From positions 32,001 to 96,000 of IMG/VR virus record IMGVR_UViG_3300042448_000646: a DNA stretch of 64,000 bases. One strand, given 5' to 3'. Below the pieces are notes generated by a model. That model worked only from the letters and a program-made list of their open reading frames with translations. It did no database searches and was not told where the DNA came from. Of the stretch, positions 1-9,400 are shown in pieces. Each line of letters starts with the position of its first letter. The stretch's first letter is position 1. This stretch comes from a virus. Made by a program: the position numbers and the translations under genes.

Positions 1-2
1 GT

Positions 3-659
3 ACTATCACTGAAACCAACACTGAAGATGCTGACTCTTTAGGTCAAATCTTCTTTATCATTGCTACTCCTGTGGTTGCAATTGGTGACATGCCTACTTA
101 CAATGGTATTGCTTGGGAAAAACAATTAGTATCTGCTAGTTCAGTAACTGCTTGTGGTATCAAAGTAACAGGTAAAGCTATGGATGCTTTTGGAAACGCT
201 TGTGTTCCTGATGCAGTTCCTTATGTATTCAATTTGGTTAAATTCCAAGTTAAAGTACACAGAGGTCCATTTAACTCTCAAGATTTTGACATCGATGATG
301 TACAAACTCCTTGGTATGTTACTACTGTTCAAAACATCCGTTATGCTATTGGACAAGGTTCTGCTATGGCTGAGCTAGAGCGTCATTACTTCCGCAATAA
401 CTTGCCTAACGTAGCTGAGTCTGTTTACTATTGGAATCCAATTTACAACGAAGATGTAAACCAATTCTTGTTTGTAAACAGTACTTTGTTGTACAACGTA
501 CTTTCTATTAAATTCTTGGATGATGCTCCTGTAGGATTTGAGAAGAAGTCTACTAATAGCCATGAAGTCTTGGTTATGGTTGACACAAGTAGCGAGACTT
601 CAAACGGAGTTATTGGAACTGCCAACGTATTGGCTTTCTTTAACTACTTTGCTGCCTAA
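3..659 (+). CDS. Capsid structural protein, C-terminal part (5'-truncated); most likely a crAss-like auxiliary capsid protein rather than the HK97-fold MCP
   Basis: Frame is open from position 3 (TITETNTEDAD...). Motifs CGIKVTGK and GQGSAMAELERHYF recall crAss-like auxiliary capsid proteins. Lies upstream of tail hub/ring genes and is followed by a strong terminator. Confidence 0.6.
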   Translation, partial: TITETNTEDADSLGQIFFIIATPVVAIGDMPTYNGIAWEKQLVSASSVTACGIKVTGKAMDAFGNACVPDAVPYVFNLVKFQVKVHRGPFNSQDFDIDDVQTPWYVTTVQNIRYAIGQGSAMAELERHYFRNNLPNVAESVYYWNPIYNEDVNQFLFVNSTLLYNVLSIKFLDDAPVGFEKKSTNSHEVLVMVDTSSETSNGVIGTANVLAFFNYFAA

Positions 660-669
660 CATTTAATTT

Positions 670-696
670 GGGGGGACTGAACTCCCCCCTTTTTTT
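670..696 (+). terminator. Rho-independent terminator
   Basis: GGGGGGA-ctgaac-TCCCCCC followed by T7. Confidence 0.85.
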
Positions 697-717
697 AACT
701 CTTTAAAAACTAAAAAA

Positions 718-1191
718 ATGGCAAAAGATATTATCCTAAAAACAGGAACCTACTTACAGACTGTCACTAATAAAGACATTGCTTCTGGTAAGATTCCTGG
801 TGCTTCTTTGGAAAAGTTCGTTGTGAACTTACTTAAGAGTCCTACATGTTGTGTTAAGTATGTAGCTTTAAGTAAAGCAAACTATACTCAGTTAACTTCA
901 TTAACTACTACAGTAGCAACAACTACTCCTGCAGGGGAAATTACTCCGTTCAGTACTTTAACTACTGGAGCTGGTTTAGCTGAAACTGGATTTAGTGTAA
1001 CAAATTCTTTTGTTACTGTTGATTCAATTATTTTGGCTAACGTTACTGACTACTCTGCTACTCACGGAACTTCAGGTCTTCCACAAGTAATTGTAGATGA
1101 CATTGCTGCAGGTTCTTTTAAACTAATTATAGTAAATGGAGGAGCTAACGCTCTTGCTGGTACTATAAAAATTGGTTACACAATTTTCTAA
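718..1191 (+). CDS. Putative virion structural/decoration protein (beta-rich C-terminal domain)
   Basis: 157 aa, Thr/Ala-rich. C-terminal VTNSFVTVDSIILA...GSFKLIIVN...IKIGYTIF pattern is seen in phage fibre/decoration proteins. Flanked by terminators. Confidence 0.55.
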   Translation: MAKDIILKTGTYLQTVTNKDIASGKIPGASLEKFVVNLLKSPTCCVKYVALSKANYTQLTSLTTTVATTTPAGEITPFSTLTTGAGLAETGFSVTNSFVTVDSIILANVTDYSATHGTSGLPQVIVDDIAAGSFKLIIVNGGANALAGTIKIGYTIF

Positions 1192-1196
1192 TTATA

Positions 1197-1218
1197 GGGG
1201 AGAGAAATCTCCCCTTTT
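1197..1218 (+). terminator. Rho-independent terminator
   Basis: GGGGAGA-GAAA-TCTCCCC-TTTT, GNRA loop. Confidence 0.85.
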
Positions 1219-1230
1219 ATTATAATCCAC

Positions 1231-1740
1231 ATGGCTGACTTACAGAGAAATATAGAAGTTTTAAAGGCAAAAGATTGTTCTTATTTGTCTATTTTAGATA
1301 CATCAGTATATCCTATTGCTCCTACTGAAGCAAACGTTCAGATTATCGTCCCTGGTTACGATACAGGTTTTGAGTTTGAGTTTATCTTGAATGAGGTAAA
1401 CGTATATAACTCTTACTCTTTTGGATTTACCACTAGCGCTACTACAGGTTTTACTGAGTTGCCTGATGGTTTATATACTTTGAATTTAACTACTTGCCCT
1501 GACACAGGAATATGTACTAGATACCACCTACGCACGTGTAGGATTGATTGTAGACTTGCTGTACAATGGGCTAAGTACGCACAAGATTGTGAAGATGAAA
1601 AGATTCTTTACTTCCTTGATAAGATAGAGTTTCTTCTTAGAGGTGGAGAAGCTAATGCAGATTTATGTAACTATAATAAAGCAATTGAACTTTATAGAAA
1701 AGCAGATGACATACTTAGAAGATTTGAACTTGACTGTTAA
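1231..1740 (+). CDS. Putative tail hub/structural protein (crAss-like)
   Basis: 169 aa with LPDGLY motif and Cys-rich helical C-terminus; syntenic position before fibre and ring genes. Confidence 0.5.
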   Translation: MADLQRNIEVLKAKDCSYLSILDTSVYPIAPTEANVQIIVPGYDTGFEFEFILNEVNVYNSYSFGFTTSATTGFTELPDGLYTLNLTTCPDTGICTRYHLRTCRIDCRLAVQWAKYAQDCEDEKILYFLDKIEFLLRGGEANADLCNYNKAIELYRKADDILRRFELDC

Positions 1741-1894
1741 GAAGAAACTTGCTATGGCTGCCGTTAAAGAAATGCAGCATATCAAGTATTTAACAAAACC
1801 ATACTACAAAAAGTCTAGGAAATACATGCGTTTTTTAAAATTAGCGCATTGTTTAGATTGTGTAGATACAGCTAACCTTAAAATTAAACTATAA
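1706..1894 (+). CDS. Small basic hypothetical (structural?) protein
   Basis: ORF 1643..1894; ATG at 1706 gives a smaller overlap; CxxC near C-terminus. Confidence 0.5.
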   Translation: MTYLEDLNLTVKKKLAMAAVKEMQHIKYLTKPYYKKSRKYMRFLKLAHCLDCVDTANLKIKL

Positions 1895-1905
1895 ATAATA
1901 ACAAA

Positions 1906-2457
1906 ATGGCACATAACGCATACAAACCTTGCTGCGAACCTAACAACTGCGGAGAAATTATCCCTTCAAAGTGTGTTAAGTATACTGGGACTCCTACTAC
2001 AAATGGTCCTATCGATACTGAGTTTACTTGTACTCCCTATCTAAATGATGTTATTAATTTATTCGATGACAACTTTAAAGATATTATTGAAAAAATTGGA
2101 ATTAGCAAAACTGCACTTGACGGTGCTAACTCTTCTTGCGGTCTTAACTTGGTTAATACTGGTGCTCTTACGACATATACTGTTAATGATACTCGCTATG
2201 TTCAAAGTGAAGTAGTAGTACAACTTTTAAATGTGGTTTGTGCCTTACAAAAACAAGTTAATTATCTTAAAAATGAAAATGCCGCTACTGATAGTGGCAA
2301 CGTTTTTTGGATGGATTTGCCTTTAGACCAGGATTTTAAAACTTGGTTGACTGTAAATGGGCAATGTATTTTAACTGAGCCTTGTGTACCTGCAGGTGGG
2401 ATAACAACCTTGCGTGGGTTACTTCAAGCTATGATAACTAAAATTTGTAATCCTTAA
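1906..2457 (+). CDS. Cys-rich fibre-associated structural protein
   Basis: N-terminal CC..C...SKCVKYTG motif resembles the N-terminus of the next gene (GKCITYSG); short coiled coils. Confidence 0.55.
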   Translation: MAHNAYKPCCEPNNCGEIIPSKCVKYTGTPTTNGPIDTEFTCTPYLNDVINLFDDNFKDIIEKIGISKTALDGANSSCGLNLVNTGALTTYTVNDTRYVQSEVVVQLLNVVCALQKQVNYLKNENAATDSGNVFWMDLPLDQDFKTWLTVNGQCILTEPCVPAGGITTLRGLLQAMITKICNP

Positions 2458-2472
2458 TTAATTTAAACTATA

Positions 2473-4398
2473 ATGACTAATTGTCTTGACTGTTACGGCA
2501 CAAACATAATTGAACCTTGTGCAGAAGTAGGTTGTCTTTCCACTAACTACGGAAAGTGTATAACCTATTCTGGCGCTGGTTTATATTGTTCAGTAGGCCC
2601 AATTAATACCTTTACCTTTTCAGGTACTGCTGTTGCTATTACACCTGCTGTTACAGTAGTTGTAGCAGCTACTGGAGGTACTGGATCGGGAGCTACCTTT
2701 AGTGTGACTAGAGGCCCTGCTTCAACTAGTTATACTGTTTCTATTGTAAATAAAGGAAGTGGTTATACAGTAGGAGATACTCTAACTATTGTAGGAGCTT
2801 CTTTAGGAGGAGCTACTACAGCTAACAACTTGACGATTTCAGTAGCTACTTTATCTGCTATCATTGATAGTACTTATACAGTAGATGCAGCTATTAAGAA
2901 TCTACATGATCGTCTCTGCAGCTTAACTCCTGTTGGTCTTTTATATACTGGATTTAACTATAGTTGTCTTAGAGTTGGGGGTAACTTAGCATCTACAGGT
3001 TCTGTTATCACAACAGCACAAGGATTTGCTGAAGCTGCTTCTGCTGCTTTGTGTTCTTTGAACACTCGTCTAATAGCAGTAGAAACTCCTACGTTTACTG
3101 TGCCTGCTTGTGTAACAGGATTGACTTCTGGAACTTCTACTTTAGGAGCAATTCTTACTGAGTATGGTTCTAAGCTTTGTGCCATTGTAAGTGGTTCAGG
3201 AGGTATTACAATTACAGGAGTTACAGTTCCTGGGTCTTGTACTATGACTGCACAACCTTCAGCAACTGCTGCTATTGGTACTTGGTTTGACTGGGTGGTA
3301 GATAACTTCTGTTCAATCACTACGGGATTGAATGCAGCCATTACCTCTACTAACACAAACGTAACTACAATTACTAACTTCTTAGGAAGTACAGTTAGAT
3401 TTAATAACAGTGCCAACTGTTTAACTGCTTTGGGCGGTACTGCAACTGATTCAGCTCATGCTACTATCGGTTACTTAACTACCAAAGTATGTGCAGTAGA
3501 TACAGTGGTTACTGCAATACCTAGTTATATTAAGAATGATAGTGTTGCACTTAACTGGGTAGGTTGTTTTGGATCGGCTCCGTATAGTTATGCTAACACA
3601 GGAACTACAATACAAACTCAATTACAACGTATTGTAGCAGTATTAAATGCAGAAAAAACTACATACTCTGGAGACTTTGTAGTAACTGCAGCAGGTTGTG
3701 GTTCTAAAATTGTTTCTCTAGCAGCAGGTGCAGCATTTTCATGTGCTTCTCTATCTGCTTGTTCTATTGATTCTTTGGGAGATGTAATAGTAACTAGCCC
3801 AGCTAACCCTCACGTACTTTACTATAATGGAACTAACTGGGTTAACAAGAACATCAACGCATTAGTTACACTTTCAAGTACTGACTTGAGTGTGGGTGTT
3901 ACTGCAACTACAACTGCAGGTAATGTAAACTTTGATTTGAGTGTTACGGGACTTACTGCTACAAGAACTAACCTTACTGCAATTGCGGTTACAGGAGCAA
4001 ACAACACATTTAATGGAGCTTTCCCTACTTCTCCTGGAAGTGGTTACGTACAAGCAACTAAACAAGGCAGTATTGTAACTTTAGCAGGTAGTATTGAACT
4101 AGTAGTAACAAGTGGACTTACTTTAGCTTATGGTACACCAGTGCCTATTGCAACTGTTCCCGCTGGTTTCAGACCTGTAGCAGGACCCATTAGTTTCTTT
4201 ACAAGAGTATTTAAAAAATCAGTTGCTCCATACACAGATCCTGATGGTGCTTTTGATGCAAGAATTACTATTGATACAGGTGGTACTGTGACTCTGATTC
4301 CTTATCCTGTTTACCCTGGATCAAGTTTAATACTTACTGTTGCTGGAAATAAAGTAGAAATATTAGTAGGAGCACACTCGTATAGTATCCTACCATAA
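2473..4398 (+). CDS. Tail fibre / receptor-binding protein
   Basis: 641 aa, T/A/G/S-rich. GSGYTVGDTLTI module, SLGDVIVTSP..VLYYNGTNWVN fibre repeat, C-terminal IATVPAGFRP-type head domain. Confidence 0.75.
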   Translation: MTNCLDCYGTNIIEPCAEVGCLSTNYGKCITYSGAGLYCSVGPINTFTFSGTAVAITPAVTVVVAATGGTGSGATFSVTRGPASTSYTVSIVNKGSGYTVGDTLTIVGASLGGATTANNLTISVATLSAIIDSTYTVDAAIKNLHDRLCSLTPVGLLYTGFNYSCLRVGGNLASTGSVITTAQGFAEAASAALCSLNTRLIAVETPTFTVPACVTGLTSGTSTLGAILTEYGSKLCAIVSGSGGITITGVTVPGSCTMTAQPSATAAIGTWFDWVVDNFCSITTGLNAAITSTNTNVTTITNFLGSTVRFNNSANCLTALGGTATDSAHATIGYLTTKVCAVDTVVTAIPSYIKNDSVALNWVGCFGSAPYSYANTGTTIQTQLQRIVAVLNAEKTTYSGDFVVTAAGCGSKIVSLAAGAAFSCASLSACSIDSLGDVIVTSPANPHVLYYNGTNWVNKNINALVTLSSTDLSVGVTATTTAGNVNFDLSVTGLTATRTNLTAIAVTGANNTFNGAFPTSPGSGYVQATKQGSIVTLAGSIELVVTSGLTLAYGTPVPIATVPAGFRPVAGPISFFTRVFKKSVAPYTDPDGAFDARITIDTGGTVTLIPYPVYPGSSLILTVAGNKVEILVGAHSYSILP

Positions 4399-4444
4399 GA
4401 TCTTGACAGTTTACTTGGGTTGGTTGTCTGTCAAAACCCCGAAT

Positions 4445-4469
4445 AGAGCCTAGGCAACTAGGCTCTTTT
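4445..4469 (+). terminator. Rho-independent terminator
   Basis: AGAGCCTAG-GCAA-CTAGGCTCT-TTT. Confidence 0.8.
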
Positions 4470-4486
4470 GGTTTAATTAAAAGTAA

Positions 4487-4517
4487 TTGACATTAGTAAT
4501 ACTTTAAATTATATTTG
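4487..4517 (+). promoter_or_regulatory. Bacteroidota sigma-A type promoter
   Basis: TTG(4487)-20 nt-TATATTTG(4510), matching the -33/-7 consensus TTG/TAnnTTTG; just upstream of ATG 4542. Confidence 0.75.
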
Positions 4518-4541
4518 TATAAAAGTAACTCTACATAAACT

Positions 4542-5171
4542 ATGACAATATCAGATATAATATCCAGAATTAAAATTTCTAATAAATTTATTAGTGACGA
4601 TGATTTCATATCTGATAGGTTTATCTATAATACTCTTAAGAGTAAAGCTAGTGCAGTACTAAGAAGAGAAATTAATCTTCGTAAGTTATTAACTTCTGAT
4701 AACGTTTACAGTGTTTATGAGTGTGTTGAGTTAATTCCTGCACCTGGAGCTGAGTGTGATTTAGGATGTGACATAAGAAGAACTAAGAAAAAGTTACCTA
4801 AGATTGAAGAAGGTTTGTATTCTTACTTTATTCAAGGTGTCTTTAACACATCTAACTCTGAGGAATTGTATCCTACAACTATACGAGATTTTATTAATCA
4901 CACTCGTCTAAGAGTTAAAACCAATAGATCTTACTATACAATTAGAAACGGGTATCTCTATGTCCTTAACCCTGACGTAGAAGCTGTTAATATGTATGCT
5001 TACTTTACTGAACCTATAAACGTAAGTCCTTGTGCTAGTATCTACGAACAAGAGTTTAAGTTTCCAGAGTATCTAATGGATTCTTTACTAGAGTTAACTA
5101 ATCAAAGTTTTATAAATTACCATAAATTACCTATGGAACCATTTAGTGATAACAAAGATGACGCAAGCTAA
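4542..5171 (+). CDS. Tail ring protein (crAss-like)
   Basis: 209 aa; ISDRFIY..L, CDIRRTKKKLP, YYTIRNGYLY and EFKFP motifs typical of crAss ring/neck proteins; synteny. Confidence 0.65.
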   Translation: MTISDIISRIKISNKFISDDDFISDRFIYNTLKSKASAVLRREINLRKLLTSDNVYSVYECVELIPAPGAECDLGCDIRRTKKKLPKIEEGLYSYFIQGVFNTSNSEELYPTTIRDFINHTRLRVKTNRSYYTIRNGYLYVLNPDVEAVNMYAYFTEPINVSPCASIYEQEFKFPEYLMDSLLELTNQSFINYHKLPMEPFSDNKDDAS

Positions 5172-5598
5172 AGAAAAGTTGTCTTTGAAGTCAGATGTTA
5201 ATCCTTCTTCTTTAAAAGCTTATAAAAAGTTTTTAAAGGAAACTGGGCGTTCTGAGATTTCTTATGAAAAGTTTAGAACAATCATTGTAAAAGTAAATGA
5301 AAAGGTTTTAGAAAAAGTAATGACAGGCCGTTATAAAATACGGTTTCCTAAAATTGGCTTGTTGTCGCTCATTAAGGTAACTCCTACTAAACTCTTAAAG
5401 AAAATAGATTGGGGTCGGTATCATAAAGATGGAGTATACACAACGTTTAAAAACTACCATACGGATGGTATGATGTACCGAATCTTTTTTTATCTTTACG
5501 AAAGAAAATACCCATACTTTGGGTTCTATAATTTTAGACTAAGCAAACCTAATCAAGTAATGTTAGGACAAAAGATTAAAAATAATGAAATACGATAA
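5158..5598 (+). CDS. IHF/HU-like DNA-binding protein (crAss-like)
   Basis: Basic; IRFPKIGLLSLIK...IDWG motif; conserved position before tail tubular gene. ATG 5158 preferred over GTG 5146. Confidence 0.65.
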   Translation: MTQAKEKLSLKSDVNPSSLKAYKKFLKETGRSEISYEKFRTIIVKVNEKVLEKVMTGRYKIRFPKIGLLSLIKVTPTKLLKKIDWGRYHKDGVYTTFKNYHTDGMMYRIFFYLYERKYPYFGFYNFRLSKPNQVMLGQKIKNNEIR

Positions 5599-6415
5599 CA
5601 TTAATTATATAACTTCTGAGCCTTTAATTGCTGAGGTAAAACAAGAACTAAAGTCTTATTTTGAAGCAGGTGCAATAAGTGAAGTACTTATACCCTCTTT
5701 CATTGACCAAGCATTACGGAAATTAAAGGTCCTAGCACTTCGCCCAGAAGAAGCTATTATTCGTTTTGAAAACTACAAATCAGAATTGCCCAACGATTTC
5801 TATCTACTAGACTACGCATTGTCTTATGAAAGTAATGTATTCTGGGAAACAGGATTGCAGACATACTCTGGTTACTGGTATAAGAATATAGCAGCAAGTT
5901 GTGAGGGATGTTCAGATAACATTGAAACCTTTGAACAAATAAGTGTAGTAGGCCCAGGATATAAAATTTCCTTAAAAGTTCCTAAATGGATTAGAGTTTA
6001 TTTTGATTCATCTTCTTTGTGTGTAGAAGGGTGTGACAACCTAAGAGTAGCTAGCACAGACATTATCAAAATCAATCAGCATAAAAAAGTTAGTGCAAAC
6101 TTTATAGAAGGTTGCGTATACTTAAGATACTTTTCTAGACCTGTAGATGATTATGGCATTCCTATGATTCCTGAAGTTTTAGAAGTGGAAGAATACATCA
6201 AGTCATATTTAAAGTATAAATTTTTTGAACAAATGTGGCATTCTGTAATGGATGAGTCCACAAAACAAGTAACAGACAAACTAACGTATTACAAGAAAGA
6301 ACAACTTGAAAAACTTCAAGCTGCTTATAACTATCTGATGACTAAATCAAAACAACAGATAGCTGATTCTATTGTACGTACTCGTAATCGTTTTAGTAAA
6401 TTCCACATTAGATAA
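5585..6415 (+). CDS. Tail tubular / ring protein
   Basis: 276 aa; NYKSELPNDFY and PVDDYGIPMIP motifs; immediately upstream of the muzzle gene (TAATG coupling). Confidence 0.7.
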   Translation: MKYDNINYITSEPLIAEVKQELKSYFEAGAISEVLIPSFIDQALRKLKVLALRPEEAIIRFENYKSELPNDFYLLDYALSYESNVFWETGLQTYSGYWYKNIAASCEGCSDNIETFEQISVVGPGYKISLKVPKWIRVYFDSSSLCVEGCDNLRVASTDIIKINQHKKVSANFIEGCVYLRYFSRPVDDYGIPMIPEVLEVEEYIKSYLKYKFFEQMWHSVMDESTKQVTDKLTYYKKEQLEKLQAAYNYLMTKSKQQIADSIVRTRNRFSKFHIR

Positions 6416-9400
6416 TGGAAATTAAAGGTAATCAAAATACCAAAGGTCTGAACCTTGATTCAGTAAATTGGCAGGTAGAAGGAAGCCAGCTTACTTGGGC
6501 ATTGAACGCAAACATCATGTCCCATGATGGTAATACGTTTACCTACACTAATGAAATGTCTAATCAAATTTGTGTTGATTTTAGTTCATTTAAAAACGGA
6601 TACAGAATTAATGGTCTACTTAACATAGTAGAACAGAACAAAGTAATTGTATTTTTAGTAGGGCCAGACGGCAAAGGAGAGATAGGAGTAATAACAAATA
6701 ATGGTTTAGACTGTGTTGAGTTAGATTCTGTTGAGACAGACTGTGGATGTGTAGGAGGTAAGGTAATTAAAGACTCAGTTGTAAAAGCAACTACTACAGT
6801 AACTTCAAATTCAACTACTTGTTTTTATGGAATTATTTACGAAACTATTGATGATGGCTCTGGAACTTATGTGAGTAATTATGGATTTAATTATGCAGAC
6901 TGTAACGGTAATAAAGTAAGTGGAAATACAAGTAGCTTAACATTTAAAACAATAGAACAATGGTATATTGAACTAGGTTATACTAATTTTACAAACACTA
7001 ATGCTACCTATTTAAGTCAAGTAGTATCTCTGATATGTTATGATTCTGTAGCTACTATAGATTACATTACTGAATTAGGAGCTATTTCAAGTAATGTATC
7101 TCCATTACAACATCCTAACCCTATACTATACGATACATTTCCTTGTGCTGCTACAGTTGTTGAGAAAACTTGTTGTGATTACGAACCTGTTTTAATTGAT
7201 GAGTGTTGCCAAGATTGTTGTCAGGATTGTTATACAGTAACTCTAGAAACATTTAATACCTCTGTTCCTCTTGGAGGATCTACAGGTCAAGTGGTAATTG
7301 AGTACACTGATTGTAATGGTATAGTTCGTGGTATCGAAACGCCTAACAATACATTTGAGGGATATGGTTCTTTTAACATGATTAAAGATTCATGGAGAGT
7401 TATTCAAAGAGGTAAACCTGGTGTTGAAGTAAGAGTAGCATATGAACAAGTGTTTTCTACTGGAAACTGTAAGCCTTGCTTGAATCCTGCTCCTGAAAAC
7501 TGTTGTTTAAACTTTGATATTGAGAATCCAATTTATGCTACTTACCGAGTAGACCAATGTGAAACTAGAGTTTACTTTGTAGATAAAAAGAATCCTCCTC
7601 GTTATCTTTCGTTAGAGTTTCCTTTAAACCGTGATGCTTGTGGAGAGGCACAAGATTGTGGCGGTAAGAAATTAGTAACTAAGAAGAGTTGTGGAGAGTT
7701 AAATATATTCCCAAATACTTGCCATCCTAAAGTAACTCCAATTAGAGTTTCTAATGGAGGTCAACTTAAAGCAGGTAACTATCAGTTTTCTATTGCTTAC
7801 ACAGATGAAGAAGGAGCAGAGCTTACTGATTACTTTGATTTTTGCCAACCTATTCCAATCTTTGAAAAGAAGTTAACTAATCTTACAGATTACCAAACCA
7901 ACTATGCTATTACAGTTCAAATAGATCATAAGGTTAATATCTTTGAATACTTTAGTTTAGTTGTAGCAGAGACAATACAAGGAGGAACTACTAATTATTA
8001 TTTGATTGGTACTTATAGAGTACAACAGCAATACTTAACTGATTCTATTATTTACACAGGAGAGTACAAATCAACATTTAGTTCTATAGCACCTTTAGTA
8101 AGAACTCCTTATTATAACACTGCAGGTATAGTAGAGAACCAAAACGACATTTTAATGTTGGCTGATTTGGAAAAAGAGTATCAGTATAACTTCCAACCTC
8201 TTGCTAATAAACTTAAGTTGCAGTGGGAAACTGTAAAAATGCCTCATGGGGATAAGTGGGACTACTCTAATCCCGAGGTAGTACACATGTTCCGTACATA
8301 CCAACGTGATGAGGTATATGCTTTCGGTATTAAGTTTAAACTAAAGACAGGTAAGTATACCGAAGTGTTCCATATTCCAGGAAGAGCTAAGAACGCAAGT
8401 CTAGGAGATACTACTTCTATTCCTATTACTAATACAGATTATTTTACTGAAGACGGAGATTGCTTAGATGTAGCAGCCCCTAAAGAAAAATGGCAAGTAT
8501 ATAATACAGCAGGGCAAGGTCAAGTTTTTACTGCTAATCCTCCTACTGAACTAGAAAAGCAATTCTCTTGTGCTATCTACAATGATAAGAGAGGGGAGTT
8601 TGCTTACTGGGAATCTACTGAAAAATATCCTTGTAACGAAGAGATATGGGATACAGACGCTTGGGGTAACTCATTAGCAAACCAACCTATTAGATTTCAT
8701 AAGTTTCCAGATTCTTTAGTTAATCATATTCATGATGGCATTTACGCAACAGGTAATGTATTTCCTGCTTTTGATAACAAGTCTCATATTTATCCTATTG
8801 GAGTTAGAGTAGATGCTGACGTATTTAATAATCTTATTAACACATTAGAAATTGCAAATCCTGCAAACGCTAATAAACCTTTTTATGCTAAAGATCTTAT
8901 CTGTGGATATGAAGTAGTATATGCAACTCGTGTAGGACATAAGTCTATAGTAGCAAAAGGTCTTCTTTATGACGTAGGAAAATATAGAACTGACGAGGGA
9001 AGTAAAGAATACTACTATCCTAACTATCCATTCAATGATATTAACTGGAGAGGAAGTAGTTCTGTATCTGACCCTTATTTACGAACTTCAGGAGATTGGT
9101 ATAAAAAACAAGATAGAAGAAATAAAAATGAAAATCTTGGTGACTTTAGCCATAATGGATTTACTGACAACAATATTATAAACTACAAGCACAGCAGATT
9201 CACATTCCACTCTCCAGATACTCACTTCTCCTATCCTAAGATTGGTAGTGAACTTAAGTTAGAGACTCTTGAGATTGGTAGTGTAATGGGACACTTTGTA
9301 GAGGTAGATGAGCACAGTAAAATAAAATTGTACACTGATAAGATACAAACTGTATCTAACCTTCTTTCTATCTTACTAAACATTAAAGACTACCGTATAA

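Noticed and set aside
3-659. Calling the first ORF the major capsid protein
   Set aside because: Motifs and position directly before hub/ring genes fit the auxiliary capsid protein better; needs an HMM search.
4403-4433. TTGACAG...CTGTCAA inverted repeat after the fibre gene as an invertible site or ncRNA
   Set aside because: Only 7-bp arms, no second copy noticed and no recombinase in the window.
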